Translations under genes and position numbers: made by a program
Notes under the pieces: model-generated
Seen by the model: the letters and a program-made list of their open reading frames with translations, nothing else
Database searches by the model: none
What the model was told of the DNA's origin: nothing
Shown: positions 1 to 12,790 of the stretch, piece by piece
Numbering within the stretch: the first letter of the stretch is position 1
Layout of the letters: each line of letters begins with the position of its first letter
NCBI RefSeq assembly: GCF_018350175.1
Contig: NC_058368.1
Coordinates: 58,530,001-58,594,000 of the forward strand
DNA: 64,000 nt
Reading direction: 5' to 3'
Source: Felis catus
Taxonomy: Eukaryota

Positions 1-2461
1 ATAGGCAAATAAATGAGAAGGGACCAGGATACTTAATGTACTTTAATGCTGTCACAATGAAAAAACAATAATAAACACCAAATAGCATGGCAGTAACACT
101 CCTTCAAAAAAAAAAATGGTTTACTCTGTACAGGATAACATCACTAGTGTTGGCTTAATTTTAGCAACAATCTCTTCCACTTTTGATATTTGGTTTTGAA
201 AGCTCTTATTTCTGTATTAACTGTATTTCTGTTTTTACTCATCTTTGCAATTCACAATTTTAATATTTATTGAGGGACACTTTCTACCACCAAATGGATC
301 AGATATTTAATAAATATTTAATAATAATAATAATTTAATAATAATATTAGAAATATTATTAGAAATATTAGAAATATTAAAATTCCTAAATCAACCCTTT
401 GATATTTTACCTTGTTGATAAATCAATAAGTGTCTTCTTTGCTGGCATACCCTTATGATAGCCTGGTAGGTCTGAGTAAGATATATAAGCTGTAATAGTT
501 CATTTTCACTTGAAAGTTTTTCACTTGATAACAGAGAGCTTAACTCAGTGAAAGAAAATCACTAACAGTGCATGTTTTCTAATATTCATTTCAGTAGCTT
601 TAGTACAATTTATTAACTCTCATATTTATAATACTTTTCAACATTTTAATATAAATTATAAGTGCTGTGAAGACAAGGATCTCAGCTAGCGTATATACAG
701 TCTGTCTGGCATATAATCCAGTCAGCACTTGATAAATTTATTGAAAATTAAACCTTTTTACAATTACTGGATTCCCATTATATTCAGGCCTTGCTAATAC
801 CATAGTGATTTCAACTTACTGTAAACTTTTCAGTTCTTGAATCAGAAACAAAGTTTCAAATGTGATTTTTCCCTAAGTTACCAATTTAAAGGCACAGACT
901 ATAACAACCTTCAAAAATTTCTTAGTAAAATCTTGACAAAAGAATGTGGCAAAGAAGAGTGCTATTCATGCAGAGAGCTGAGGACACGTCAAGATTTCGA
1001 TAGAATAGGTATGAAAGATGGAACTTGTATTAGTATGGTTCAGAAAAGAAAACTTACGAAATACACTGGCAATTCAAAAAAGTAAAACAAATACGTATTA
1101 AATAATGATCTGATTGTTCATTACTAAGGTGGGGACAACTATGAATCTTACCTTTGTACCAGAGATGAGTAACAAAATCTACATTCATGTAGATACGGTT
1201 TACTTATGAATTGCTGGAGTAGTAAATATTTTGTCAGGTTATCAGTTAAACCATGTCTAAGTGCCTGAGTATAAAACCTGGAGATGGTGGTGGATGATCC
1301 CCAATCTATGGCCCTTTTGTCTCTGGAAAATTGGAGAGATATGAATTGTCAGTTCTGAGTTTTGCCAAATAAAGTAGAACCTAAGAAGAAGGAAAAAAAA
1401 ACACATAAGTAATTATTTTTACATTACTACAGGACATTATTCTTTTTTTTTTTTTATTCTATGATATTCAAAGCAGATATTTTCCTGCAGAGTATCATTT
1501 GTAAAAAGGATTTTAAAAGTTCATTACAATTTGGCCCATTTCTGCTGTACCTTCACAATGAAGCATATCTAGAACTTTTGTACTTTTTGTCATTTCTGAT
1601 ATCAGAAAATGAAATCATGATTTGTCACTTTTCTAGTCCATTTTCAACAACAAAATATAAGTTATAACCACAAATGACAATTTGAACTTTGATGTTCAAC
1701 AATGTGAGCTGTATGTTCACATACATATGAGCTCTATGTTCACATTTGATGAACAATGTGATGGAAGAGAACCACACTATTTTTGGGTCTTTTTTTCATT
1801 TTCTTGACTTTAGAATCAAAATACATCTTACTGAACTTTTAGATCTATAGAAAGGGCTTTTTTTTTTTGTCAACCCACTATGCATTTATGAAAAATAAAA
1901 TTTAGACTTATTTATCCAAACCCTGGAGTTACAACATATGCAATTTTAGTAAACATGTAAATTTATTAACCCTCTGATAAACATAGTTTTTAATCAGAAC
2001 AGATTTCATCCCAAATTTACCACTACACATTTTTTCTTATTAATAAACCATTAAGCATCATCTTTTCTAGGCTAGTGTTATTACCTAGCTCATTTTAACC
2101 TGACAAAGTCCTTTGATTAAGAGTAAAAAGCTTAAATCAGTTTAAGAAAAATCACTTAACATCACATATTCTTATAATATTTTAAGAAGAGAATTTAGTG
2201 CTGAAATAAAACATTATATAAAACATAAAACTTAATAAGCAGAGAAAATAGTTAAAAGAAAAAATTTCAACAATAATAAATGGATGCATTTTTTGATAGA
2301 GATCTGAGAATAAGTGTTTGGGGTAGAAATGGGTCTCAGCTCCATCATCCTTGTAATTTCTTCCAAGTTTTTGGTAGTACTTACTATTATTAAAATTGTT
2401 TCTCTGATTGAGATACAGCTTTTACCAGGGAAGATATGACTTATTAGGAAGTAATTTTCTT

Positions 2462-2672
2462 GGGTGTCTTGGTGGCTCTGTCTGTTAACCAACTCTTGAT
2501 TTTTGGCTCAGGTCATGATCTCATGAGATGGAGCCTCACATAGGGCTCTGACAGAGCCTGTTTGGGATTTTATCTCTCCCTCTCTCTCTCTGTTCCTCCC
2601 CAACTCACACCCTCTCTTCCTCTCTCTCTCTCCTTCTCTCTGTCTCTCTCAAAATAAATAAATAAATAAAAA
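2462..2672 (+). mobile_element. Carnivore tRNA-derived SINE (CAN-SINE), diverged
   Basis: Head GGGTGTCTTGGTGGCTC...GGCTCAGGTCATGATCTC, (CT)n tract, AAATA tail, degenerate TSD ending TAATTTTC. Confidence 0.93.
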
Positions 2673-3537
2673 GAAAATAATTTTCCTATCTAACTTTCTA
2701 GTAGACCCTAGTAAACTTCTAGCTCTCATTAAACTCAGTTACTATAGCTCACAATGAAAGCTGAAGGTTAGTGATTTTTATTGGAAAAAACAAACAAAAA
2801 AGAGACCAGTTTTGCATTTACAACATCAGAACTTCAGGCCATCAGTCCATTTGCTTCCTGTGCTCTGGCTTTAGCCACTCTGAATTTTCTTTTCCTCTCT
2901 GAGTTGTCAAGACCTTAGAAGTTCCTGTAGGTTCACTCATAACTTCTGTCTTGCTCAAGATCTACTTCACTTCTACCCTTCTTTCTGGATTAAAGCAACT
3001 TTACGACATATGTTACAGGTTTTAGTACCATCTATGTATTATTTCTTACTCACTGCTCTTGTCAAGCCTCATAGGGCCGATCACTAATCTTACTTACTTT
3101 GCCACTGACAGTAGATCTGTAGGGTCACCCTCTTCCTCCTCATGCCAATCTCTTAGAATCATATCTAAGAATCACACTAAAGGATTTTCTCTAATAGATC
3201 CTCCTCAGATAACAACAACAACAATAATCGGATTCTGAGGAGTTGACATATAAAACAGGAATATTGAATTACTAAACTTTAATTTTATAATGATATGCTT
3301 TCCAGAAATAATGTGACAAGAATTCAAATTAGATAAAGTCATATAATGCTCATAGGAACTAGAACTTAGAAAAAAATAATGTGTAATGACTAATTAGCCA
3401 AAGTAAAATATCACTTCTTTTCCTTTGGAGATGTTACTAATTATCTTACCTGAAATAAATATGTTTGAAACAAAGACAACATTAAGTGAAAGATAGTTCG
3501 TTTTAATATGGGAAAGAGGGTAAAGTTTTGAACTTTC

Positions 3538-3573
3538 TCTTTTTGTTTTTGTTTTTTTTTTCATTTTATTTAT

Positions 3574-3613
<40 letters not shown>

Positions 3614-3776
3614 AGTAACAGTGGAAGGGCACTGGGAGATAGAGAGAGAGAATCTTAAGCAAGCTCCATGTTCAATGCAGACACCAACATGGGGCCCAAT
3701 CCCATGATCCTGGGATCATGACCTGAGCAGAAATCGAGAGTTATACACACTCAACCAACTGAGCCACAGGCGCCCC
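3538..3776 (-). mobile_element. CAN-SINE
   Basis: Reverse-complement head ending GAGCCACAGGCGCCCC, (AG)n tract, T-rich tail; 16-bp TSD AAAGTTTTGAACTTTC at 3522-3537 and 3780-3795. Confidence 0.96.
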
Positions 3777-4147
3777 TGAAAAGTTTTGAACTTTCATTTG
3801 GGATGTGGCTTTTCTATAATTAGGCACCATCCCAAACAGCAGTGTTGCTTGTTCTCAACTGTTTAGTTCTGGGTTATCCAGGAGTGATTCTTGGTGGTAG
3901 TGAAATGTGACCACCTTCCAAAAAAAATTGCCTGATCCTTTGGTTGCAGAGAACTGAAGAATATAATTACTAACAAAGTCTCTCTCTCTCACTTGTCATC
4001 TCATTCATCATCCACCTATGTATCTCCATTCCTGAGGAACTAATCATATGCACATCTATACATGTATAGCACTATTTATATATCACTGCACATGTATTTC
4101 ATTTAGTGTATACATGTATTATTTTAAGATAAAATGATAGCTTTCTT

Positions 4148-4350
4148 GGGGCACCTGGGTGGCTCAGTCATTTGAACATCAGACTGTTAATTTTGGCTCA
4201 GGTCATGATCCCAGGTGGTGGGATCAAACCCCATATCGGGCTCACTCTATGCATGGAGCCTGCTTAAGATTCTCTTTCTCTCTCTATCTCCACCTGTACC
4301 TCTGTCCCTCACTTGCTTTCTATCTCTAAAATAAAAAATTAAAAAAAATA
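4148..4350 (+). mobile_element. CAN-SINE
   Basis: GGGGCACCTGGGTGGCTCAG head, A tail; TSD AAAATGATAG(C/A)TTTCTT at 4131-4147 and 4351-4367. Confidence 0.96.
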
Positions 4351-5399
4351 AAAATGATAGATTTCTTCTATGAGAAAGTATTTAAAATCAATTTCAAAGT
4401 CCCATTTTTTTGTCTTAAGAAAATCAATAACTAAATTTATACCATTACATTAAAGAATATGTTTCCTTTGACCCAGAGCCACATTATAATATATTGAAGT
4501 TTCTAAAAGTTTGTTTTTAACGTAGGTTATAACGTTATTTTTCTGTGGAATTAAACCAGATTTCCTTTGTGCTTATTTTTTTTTAAAGAGCAAATTGCAA
4601 CTCAGTCAACAAATCTACATGCATTTAATACCTACTGTAGGTTCAGCATTTTATTAACATCATTGGTATTTCTAAAGAGCTTAGAGATTCTATAGAAAAG
4701 ATTGACATGTCTAAAATAAGGAAGCAGTGTTAAGGTAAAAAAAAAAAAAAAAGACAAACTAAGTCTGACTTTTTATTGTGACTTCATCACATCAGCTCAT
4801 GGCCAATCAGGCATGTGATTCTGTACAAGATATTTTACATACCTGAGATTCAATTTCCCCAATTACAACACTGAGGATATCAGTTATTCTTAAAGACATT
4901 TAATCCCAAAATTCTGATTCTGAAGAAAGAACAGTAGACTAGAGTGTAGAATCAAGAACTGGGTCAAATGGGCAAAACATATAAGATCTTTTAAAATTTA
5001 CAGGAGAGAAAATTTGACATGAATTGCAGAGATGAACTCAGTAGAAGATCTGAAAACAGAAAAGGAATAATTTCAGGTTCTAATATCTCCTAAAACCCAG
5101 ACATAAAACTAATGGGTGCACATTTTACTGTAGAATCTATTTCAGCGAAGGTAAACTACACAATTTTCTTCTCTTTTTAGCCTACTAAGTCATAACTAAT
5201 AATATTTTTAATCATAAAATTGGAACAGATTGACACAGACAGGCTTCTCAGTATAGATTCTACTAGTGACATATTTTAACAATTCTTTATAAGACAAATT
5301 GAAAAAAAGAAAGTAATCTAACAAAAGATATTTATGTTCAACACTTAGATTCATAAACTTTAAAATTGTGATGGCCATATACCAACATCCTGCTCATTA

Positions 5400-5402
5400 G
5401 AT

Positions 5403-5439
<37 letters not shown>

Positions 5440-5440
5440 T
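5400..5440. repeat. (AGAT)n tetranucleotide microsatellite
   Basis: Directly visible. Confidence 0.93.
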
Positions 5441-5641
5441 TATATACATTATATGGATATTTATGTGTATATGCATATACACATATATGAGTCTATATAT
5501 ATGTGAGAGAGAGAGAAAATAATTTCTATTGACAGCAAAATCAGAATACAAAAAACATTTAATGATTATTTCATCTAATTGGTAAAATTTAACAGAGCTT
5601 ATTATATTTTTAAATACTTTGACAAAATATTTTTAATTGAT

Positions 5642-5849
5642 GGGGCACCTGGGTGGCTCAGTTGGTTAAGTGTCTGACTCTTGATTTCAGCTCAAGTCGT
5701 GATCTCATAGTTTATGAGTTCCAGACCCATGTGGGACCCTGTGCTGACAGTGTGGAGCCTGCTTGGAATTCTCCTTTTCTCCCTCTCCCTCTGCCCCTTC
5801 CTTGCTCGTTCTCTCTGTCTCTCAAAATAAATAAATAAACTTAAAAAAT
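5642..5849 (+). mobile_element. CAN-SINE
   Basis: Canonical head, CT tract, A tail; TSD TATTTTTAATTGAT at 5628-5641 and 5850-5863. Confidence 0.96.
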
Positions 5850-6306
5850 TATTTTTAATTGATATCAAACCCTTTTTGATACTAATGCTTTTGATATTTT
5901 TTCCTATTGTGAATTTCCTTCATTCATTTTTCCAGTCAAATGCCTCTGAATGTTTTCTAGTTAACCATTAGCCCTCTTGCACAGAATGCTCATAATGAAC
6001 CACAATATTACTACACAATCTGTTGTTATTCTAACATGGTGTAAAATTATATTCAGCTTATACAATATTCTATCTACCTGGATTTATAATGATGTTTTGG
6101 TCAACCAAATGTAGTACACACTTATGTGAACTATTGTACAAGCCTTATTTCCAAAACCTGCTTCTGTTTGATTGAATATTTGAACTTAGAAACACTATTT
6201 TACATTTATTATTACAGAAGTTTATCATTTTCACTTCAGACATCTATTTTAGCCTATTGTGATTACTTTGAATTGAAAAAAATAAGATTTATTGCTTCAT
6301 CTCTTG

Positions 6307-6375
6307 TACATTTGTGTCTTCTTCAAATATAATATATGGTATTACATTTGTATCTTCTTCAAATATAATATATGG
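6307..6375. repeat. Tandem duplication, period 36
   Basis: TACATTTGT(G/A)TCTTCTTCAAATATAATATATGG at 6307 and 6343, one mismatch. Confidence 0.92.
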
Positions 6376-8655
6376 ATTTTTATTTAATAATTCATTTAAA
6401 ATAAGAAGACTGGCGACAGGGAAAGTCTAAGAGGAAGTCCAGACTGACCCAGACCATCAAAATTATTTGCATTTATTGGCTAACTGATTTTCAATCCATT
6501 TTGTAACCCTGCCATTGGGTCCACACTTAAAAATGGCAGGTTTTTTTCTCACATGTTTGGTAGAAACCAAGCGAAATTACGTGTATAGTATGACCCTCAT
6601 CTTTGAATTTAGCAACTCAAGAAAAAAAATTTTTTAGGGGAAAAAAAAGAGAAAGAAACCAATAAAATTTGGCATGAGTTGAATTATTTTGGCCCCGAAT
6701 CATCACTCAAATTGCCTATGCAATATTTACTCTGTATATTGCTAAAATTATTTCTATGGTTACTTGTTTACAGAGTATAGAATCAACCTTTCTCAACTTT
6801 GGAAAAAGAGATTAGTCTACTATTTGTGTTTTTGACTCTCTTCTAATCTTCTACTTCTCATTGATGAAAAACAGGCTCCACAATCATTTGGGGGTGTATT
6901 TTGTGTGGGTTTTGATATTGAACTTACTTTAAATGCCTAGAGAAGTTTCAATTACATTAATAATCCTTTCTTTACTGACATCCATACTTGTCAGCTTACT
7001 CTTCCAAACTCAGCTAAAATGCCATTTCATACATGAAGTTTTTTGAATTTGAACCTCATTTGATAGTGAACATCTTATCCTCTCCCTGTTTCACCTGAAA
7101 TATTTTTATAGAGTTTAATTCCACTATGAACTTTTTATTTATTTATTACATCTATGTTTTCTATATTGAATATTTTAAAAATACATTCTTTCTTTTAAAT
7201 TCTTATCAGTCAATTCCAATACCTCCCATCGTTATCGGTCTGTTTCTATGGTCTATTTTTCTCTTGTTTTTTGGACCTGTTGTACTTTCTTCTGCATGCC
7301 AAATAACTTTTTCTGTATGGTATTTTTGAAGTGTGTGTGTCAATTGGCAATTGTGTGAGCCGAGGCTGGTTTCAAAACCTAATAATGTTAGGTCAACCTC
7401 CCTTTCATGCCTCTCACTTCAGGACCTTCAACAGCAAAAGAGAAGTCCTGAAATATTCATTGCATCAGAACATCCAAAACTTTTTATCTTAGTCTCTTCT
7501 TAAGACTGCCAAATATCCCTGAGCTTCTCTCTTCAGATTCTTAGCCCCAGCACTTCTCATTGTCTCAACACTGTCTGAAGCCTCTGAACATACAGTCCCT
7601 GTATTTTATCCAGACATTTTTAAAAGGGATTTTTGGTGTAGTAAAAGCTAAACTACCCTGTCCAACTCAGGAGCCGAAGCTTCTGAACTAATTGATATTT
7701 TTTATGTATTTATTCCCTGACATATTTATGTTCTGTCTTTCTCTCCCTTTATCTCTATCTCTATGAATGTTTATATATCTATATCTATGCACATGCCATA
7801 CATGACTTCGTGGGGTACTGATATTTGAGCTACATATATCTAATTAAGGGCAGAGAGATAGTTGGATTGATTTTTATATCAGTGATGTTTTCTATTCATT
7901 TGAAACTCAAAAATGAATAAAATAGGGGCCTGGGGTAATTGTTCTTTGGTGGGATATCTGAGATTATCTTTCACAAATTAACTAGTTTCAGTTGGGCTAA
8001 CTTGTGTGATGTCTTCTTTTCATTACTTGCCATACTCTCTCACTTATTCAGATTTTTAGAAACTTACGTTCTTTTTATTTTACTCATATTTACTGAATTA
8101 TTTATTCCAGCTGATCTACTAGCTCTTTTTAAAACTAATTATTCCTTAACTATTAACTCTTTCACTTTCAAAAAAGTAGTCAAGATTTTACTTTCAGAAT
8201 AAAGACTTCACACTCATGAAAGAAGAGAATATATTACCACATAATCTACAGATTATTTCAACTGTTCAACTAGATCTAATTCAAGTTTCTAAGAGAAGAA
8301 GCAGTTCTTATAAATTCTTCCTGGTAACTGTCAAACGAAATGTCTATTTACGTTTGGTCTGGAGATCTGGGCAACTGCCTGCCTGTCAATTCACTTATAC
8401 CAGTATTTGGAAAGTAACCTATACCATTTCCAATAACAACATTCACAAAACCTAACTGGATTCTTGTCAAGAACATCTTTTACCAGAAATTTGCTAGATG
8501 AGCAAAACTAAAAATGAGATGTTCTAATTATCTTACTTACGTCTTTTTAACTTTAATTTTGCTGTTTCATAAGCACAAAAGAACTAGTGTCCTTAATTCC
8601 TTGTTCCAAAATTCACAATTCATGAATTTTTTCTCTTATTATTTAAAATGCCACA

Positions 8656-8877
8656 GGGCACCTTCATGGCTCAGTTGGTTAAAGGACCAGACTCTTGATT
8701 TTGGCTCAGCTTATGATCTCATTGTTCCTGAGTTTGAAACCTGTCTTTGGTTGACACTGACAGCGCAGAGCCTGCTTGAGATTCTCTTGTCTCCCTCTCT
8801 TTCCGCCCCTCCCCCACTTGCATGCACGCGTTCTCTCTTTTGAAATAAAAAATTTTTTAAAATTAAAAAAATAATAA
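8656..8877 (+). mobile_element. CAN-SINE
   Basis: GGGCACCTTCATGGCTCAGTTGGTTAA head, CT tract, A tail; flanking TAAAATGCC repeat. Confidence 0.94.
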
Positions 8878-9742
8878 TAAAATGCCTGCTTGAGTTCCAA
8901 CCATCACATCTACCATCCAACCAGCAGAATTTTTAAGTGAAAAAAAGACACTTTTAAAATGACATTTCCATTAACCAGGGCACATATATTTTATTTCTCT
9001 TACACATATAAATTTACACATATAAATTGCTGGGAGATATGTTAGTTTAGACCATTAAATGTCACCTGGAAATCTCTGATGTTATTTCAAAGAGAGAAAG
9101 GAATATCCTATGATGGGGTAAGGAACAGGCAGTCTCTGTCACAATTACCCATTTGAAAAGCGTCTCCTAATCCTTTCTGAATTATTTATTTCAATGAGAA
9201 TTTTAGCTTTATTGTCACTGACCATATCCAGGAGTAACAAAATGACTTTTTAGAAAGCATTACATTTTACAACTTTTTAAATAAAGCAGATTGATGGTTT
9301 CAGTGGTCAAATGCTATGGGCTTATTTTATATATAGCATTATTTCATAAATTGCTGAATCAGTTTACTTTTTTAAACAGAATCCTGCTACCCCAGAACAA
9401 CCTGGCCTCAGTTTAGATGAGATAATTTTACTCAAGAGAATAACCTTTTATGATATTCCCTAGCTTTTCTGTCATTAAGAAACTGTATGATGAATAAAAA
9501 TATCAATTTGTCAAGTGCAATCTTAAATAGACAATGAGTAAGTTTTAGTGACTGATCATTATAGCAGGTTGTCCATTTACCTATAGTGGAATATTTTAGC
9601 AAATCATCCTGGAAATTAAACCTATAAGTCTCTTTAACACTACTTCAGACACTACCATTAAAATGTGCTTTAATGAAATGGCTCTGTTGAGGATGTCACT
9701 TACATGAATTATTTTTCAAAAGAGCTACTTAAAATTATTTTT

Positions 9743-9960
9743 TTTTAATTTTTTTTTCAACGTTTATTTATTTTTGGGACAGAGAGAGACAGAGCATGAA
9801 CGGGGGAGGGGCAGAGAGAGAGGGAGACACAGAATCGGAAACAGGCTCCAGGCTCTGAGCCATCAGCCCAGAGCCTGACGCGGGGCTCGAACTCCCGGAC
9901 CGCGAGATCGTGACCTGGCTGAAGTCGGACGCTTAACCGACTGCGCCACCCAGGCGCCCC
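9743..9960 (-). mobile_element. Young felid SINE (SINEC_Fc type)
   Basis: CpG-intact; reverse complement starts GGGGCGCCTGGGTGGCGCAGTCGGTTAAGCGTCCGACTTCAGCCAGGTCACGATC; TSD TAAAATTATTTTT at 9730-9742 and 9961-9973. Confidence 0.98.
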
Positions 9961-10994
9961 TAAAATTATTTTTAAAAATGTTTACAATTATCTATTGTTT
10001 GTTGAAATGTCCTTGTTTTAGAAAATCAGAAAATTACTTTAATGGATTCATTATGTGACTAACTGAACAAACAACTATGTACACATATCCCAATTTTTCA
10101 GAATTTTACCAAGTGCTAGTCCCAGAAATGGCCTTTTATGATATTTAGTCTCTGCTTTGTATATTGCCAAAAATTATATTTTAATGCAGAAAAGGCATAT
10201 TATATTGCCTTGTATTATAGACAAGAATAAATAATAAGTTGTCATATTGGCACAGTAGAAACTATTGTTGTGATAGTAATGTTTTTTTACTATCACGATT
10301 AATATAGATGATAGTATAATACTTTGAAATCACTTTTAGGGAAAAAATAACATATCATTGCATGGTGAAATAGAAAAAAGTCTTGTAAATTCAAACAGGT
10401 ACAAACAAATTCCTCACTCATATGTATGTGTGATTTCTAAGAGTCCTTATGATTGCAAATATTTGCTTTCAAACAAAAATACCCAAAGTTATAAGGTAAA
10501 AGGCAATTTTCTTTTATGATTTTACTAATTAATGGAGAAGTGATGAAAATTTTCAACCCAATATATTTTTTCTTTGACATTATACAAGAAACGTCAAATA
10601 AAACTTGGGAATGTCATTCTGAATTTATATATCTACGAATCTAGAGCCCTATTCTTCAGTTTTTTGACAGTGTTGCACTTAACTAGACTTACCAAGGAGT
10701 TTGAAGTAACAAGTCATTTTATCTTTAGAATTTGGATGAGTTCTGTATGAAATTGGCCTGTAAAAACGTCAAAATCAGTGACTGTGATTAATGAAAAAAG
10801 CATTTGAACTGAGGATAAAATTTTAAAATAAAATGTATTTCAGAATATTTAAATAAATCAATTATTCTACCTTTTTTTATTGCTGTGTTTATATTATTTA
10901 TTTCCAAATGGATATATATTCACATATATCATCAGAATTAAAAACACATACATGTGTGTATTTATAATAATAATTAAATATATGTAACAGTCAT

Positions 10995-11400
10995 TGTGCC
11001 ATCAAGAAATAGACATACAAAAGAGGTAGTTGAAGATATTTTAATAAGGAGAATATTTGCAAAAGTGTAGGGAAGAATAATAGAAATCAACTGAGAATAG
11101 TGAAACACCCTGATGTAGCAAAAGAAAAAAATGCCATTATCACCTGTAAGCTGGAAGTAGTAAGGTAGATCAGTAGTTACACATACAGGAGCGCTCTAGA
11201 CTTCCACCCAAGAGAAGATTGTCTGACAGGAAGGATTGTTTTATGAAGACAGAAGCATGGTGAGGAAAGATCCAGCACATCTCTCCCTTCAGTTGGTTGA
11301 TTCCAATGTCCGATTCTAAAGACAGCTTGATTGTGGTCTACAACACAAGGAAATGCAAAATAGAAAATGTTGGGGAGTGGATCTGAGGATGAGAGTTTAT
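10995..11400 (-). mobile_element. Ancient ERVL-MaLR (MLT1-type) LTR fragment
   Basis: Degenerate similarity to recalled MLT1 consensus motifs (CCATTATCACCTGTAAGCTGGAAG, CTGACAGGAAG, GAGTGGATCTG). Confidence 0.5.
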
Positions 11401-11607
11401 TGGCTATATTCTTTTACATTAGCATTGGGGTATTTTCAGAAGCAAGAGAAAGAAATGCCTAGACTAGCTTAAGAAAAGAATATCTTGGATTCCTGGCATA
11501 TCAGTTTGGGAATTTTTATTATGTTAGGATAAGTTTAAGAAACAAATACTAAATTCTAGAGAGAAAGATATTGGGTTACTGAAATTGGGGTTAGCTCCAC
11601 TAAGACT

Positions 11608-11643
11608 CTCCATCCATTCATCCATCCATCCATCCATCCATCC
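11608..11643. repeat. (TCCA)n microsatellite
   Basis: Directly visible, slightly imperfect. Confidence 0.9.
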
Positions 11644-11818
11644 TTGTATCCATTTCTATTTGTCATTTTTTTCATCTTTCCTATTGACAGAATATGTTCA
11701 TGTGGTTAAGATAATAGTGACAGTTTGCCAATTTAATGATCCCAATCTTGTCAATTTAATGATCCCAATAAGAAAAATATTATTTTCCCAATTTCTACCT
11801 ATTTTATTTAAAATAATA

Positions 11819-12105
11819 GGAGCACCTGGGTGACTCAGTCAGTTAAAACTTTCAAAATCATTTTCTGATGTTTTTACAGGCCAATTTCATACAGAACTCA
11901 TCCAAATTCCAAACCGTCTGACTCTGAGTTTGGGCTTATGTCATAATTTTATGGTTGGTGAGGTCAAGCCCAACATCAGGCTCTGTGCTAACAGCATGGA
12001 GTCTGCTTGAAATTCTTTTTCCATCTCTCTCTCTCTCTGCCCTTTCCGTGCTCACTCCCTTTCTCTTTCAAAAAAAGTAAATAAATAGCAATAAAAAATT
12101 AAAAG
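11819..12105 (+). mobile_element. CAN-SINE interrupted by a ~65-bp non-SINE insertion
   Basis: Head GGAGCACCTGGGTGACTCAGTCAGTTAA, foreign sequence ~11848-11914, then resumes CGTCTGACTCT... with CT tract and A tail. Confidence 0.93.
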
Positions 12106-12644
12106 AATAATGCCGATAGCCCTATTTAGCAAATGCATACAGAAGAATATGGTTGGAGAGATGTGCATCATTTAAATTACAGGTGAACAAACACATTTTG
12201 CAGAAATTCATGTACATGAATTTACATCAAAAGAGGTACCTGGTTGCTAGGTTCCTTGATCTCCTTATCTCCTTTCCTTTGCTCCACTTCAACTACTGTG
12301 TCAATTATCAAGTTCTAACACTAGCTATAATCAGTCAGAGCTCATGTTATTTATGAAACAATCCAAAAATATAATTTAGTTAAAAAAAGCATTCTAATTT
12401 CCAACTACCAATTCTTATCCTTCTGATTCACTTAATTAAGTTCTCTTAATATAGTAGTTCTTTAACCTCTAAGAGATCTAAAACACATGTAATCTTCCAT
12501 GTTTTAAATATTCTTCAGATACCTTCTGACTTCTGCTTTAGATAGTCTGATTTAGTCATCTTTCATTCATTCCTTTATGCTTTATCATTCTTATCTATGC
12601 TATTATCTAAGCATTTTCTCTGTCATTGTTATTTTATATCCGTG

Positions 12645-12790
12645 ATCTCCTTAAACCTTTACAATAATATTCAAGAGGCAATTGTTATTATCTTCACTTT
12701 TCAGATGAGAAAACTGAGACCCAGGATTAATCTGTTCAATACCTTGTAGCTGAAATCAAGAGCAGATTTGCACAGCTCCAGACTCCATAG
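12645..12790 (-). mobile_element. MIR SINE relic
   Basis: Core motif TTATTATCTTCACTTTTCAGATGAGAAAACTGAGAC. Confidence 0.8.

Noticed and set aside
300..380. TATTAGAAA / AAT repeats
   Set aside because: Ordinary AT-rich low-complexity slippage.
5642..5720. tRNA-like A/B box sequences at SINE heads
   Set aside because: They are the tRNA-derived 5' part of CAN-SINEs, followed by CT tract, A tail and TSD, so not tRNA genes.
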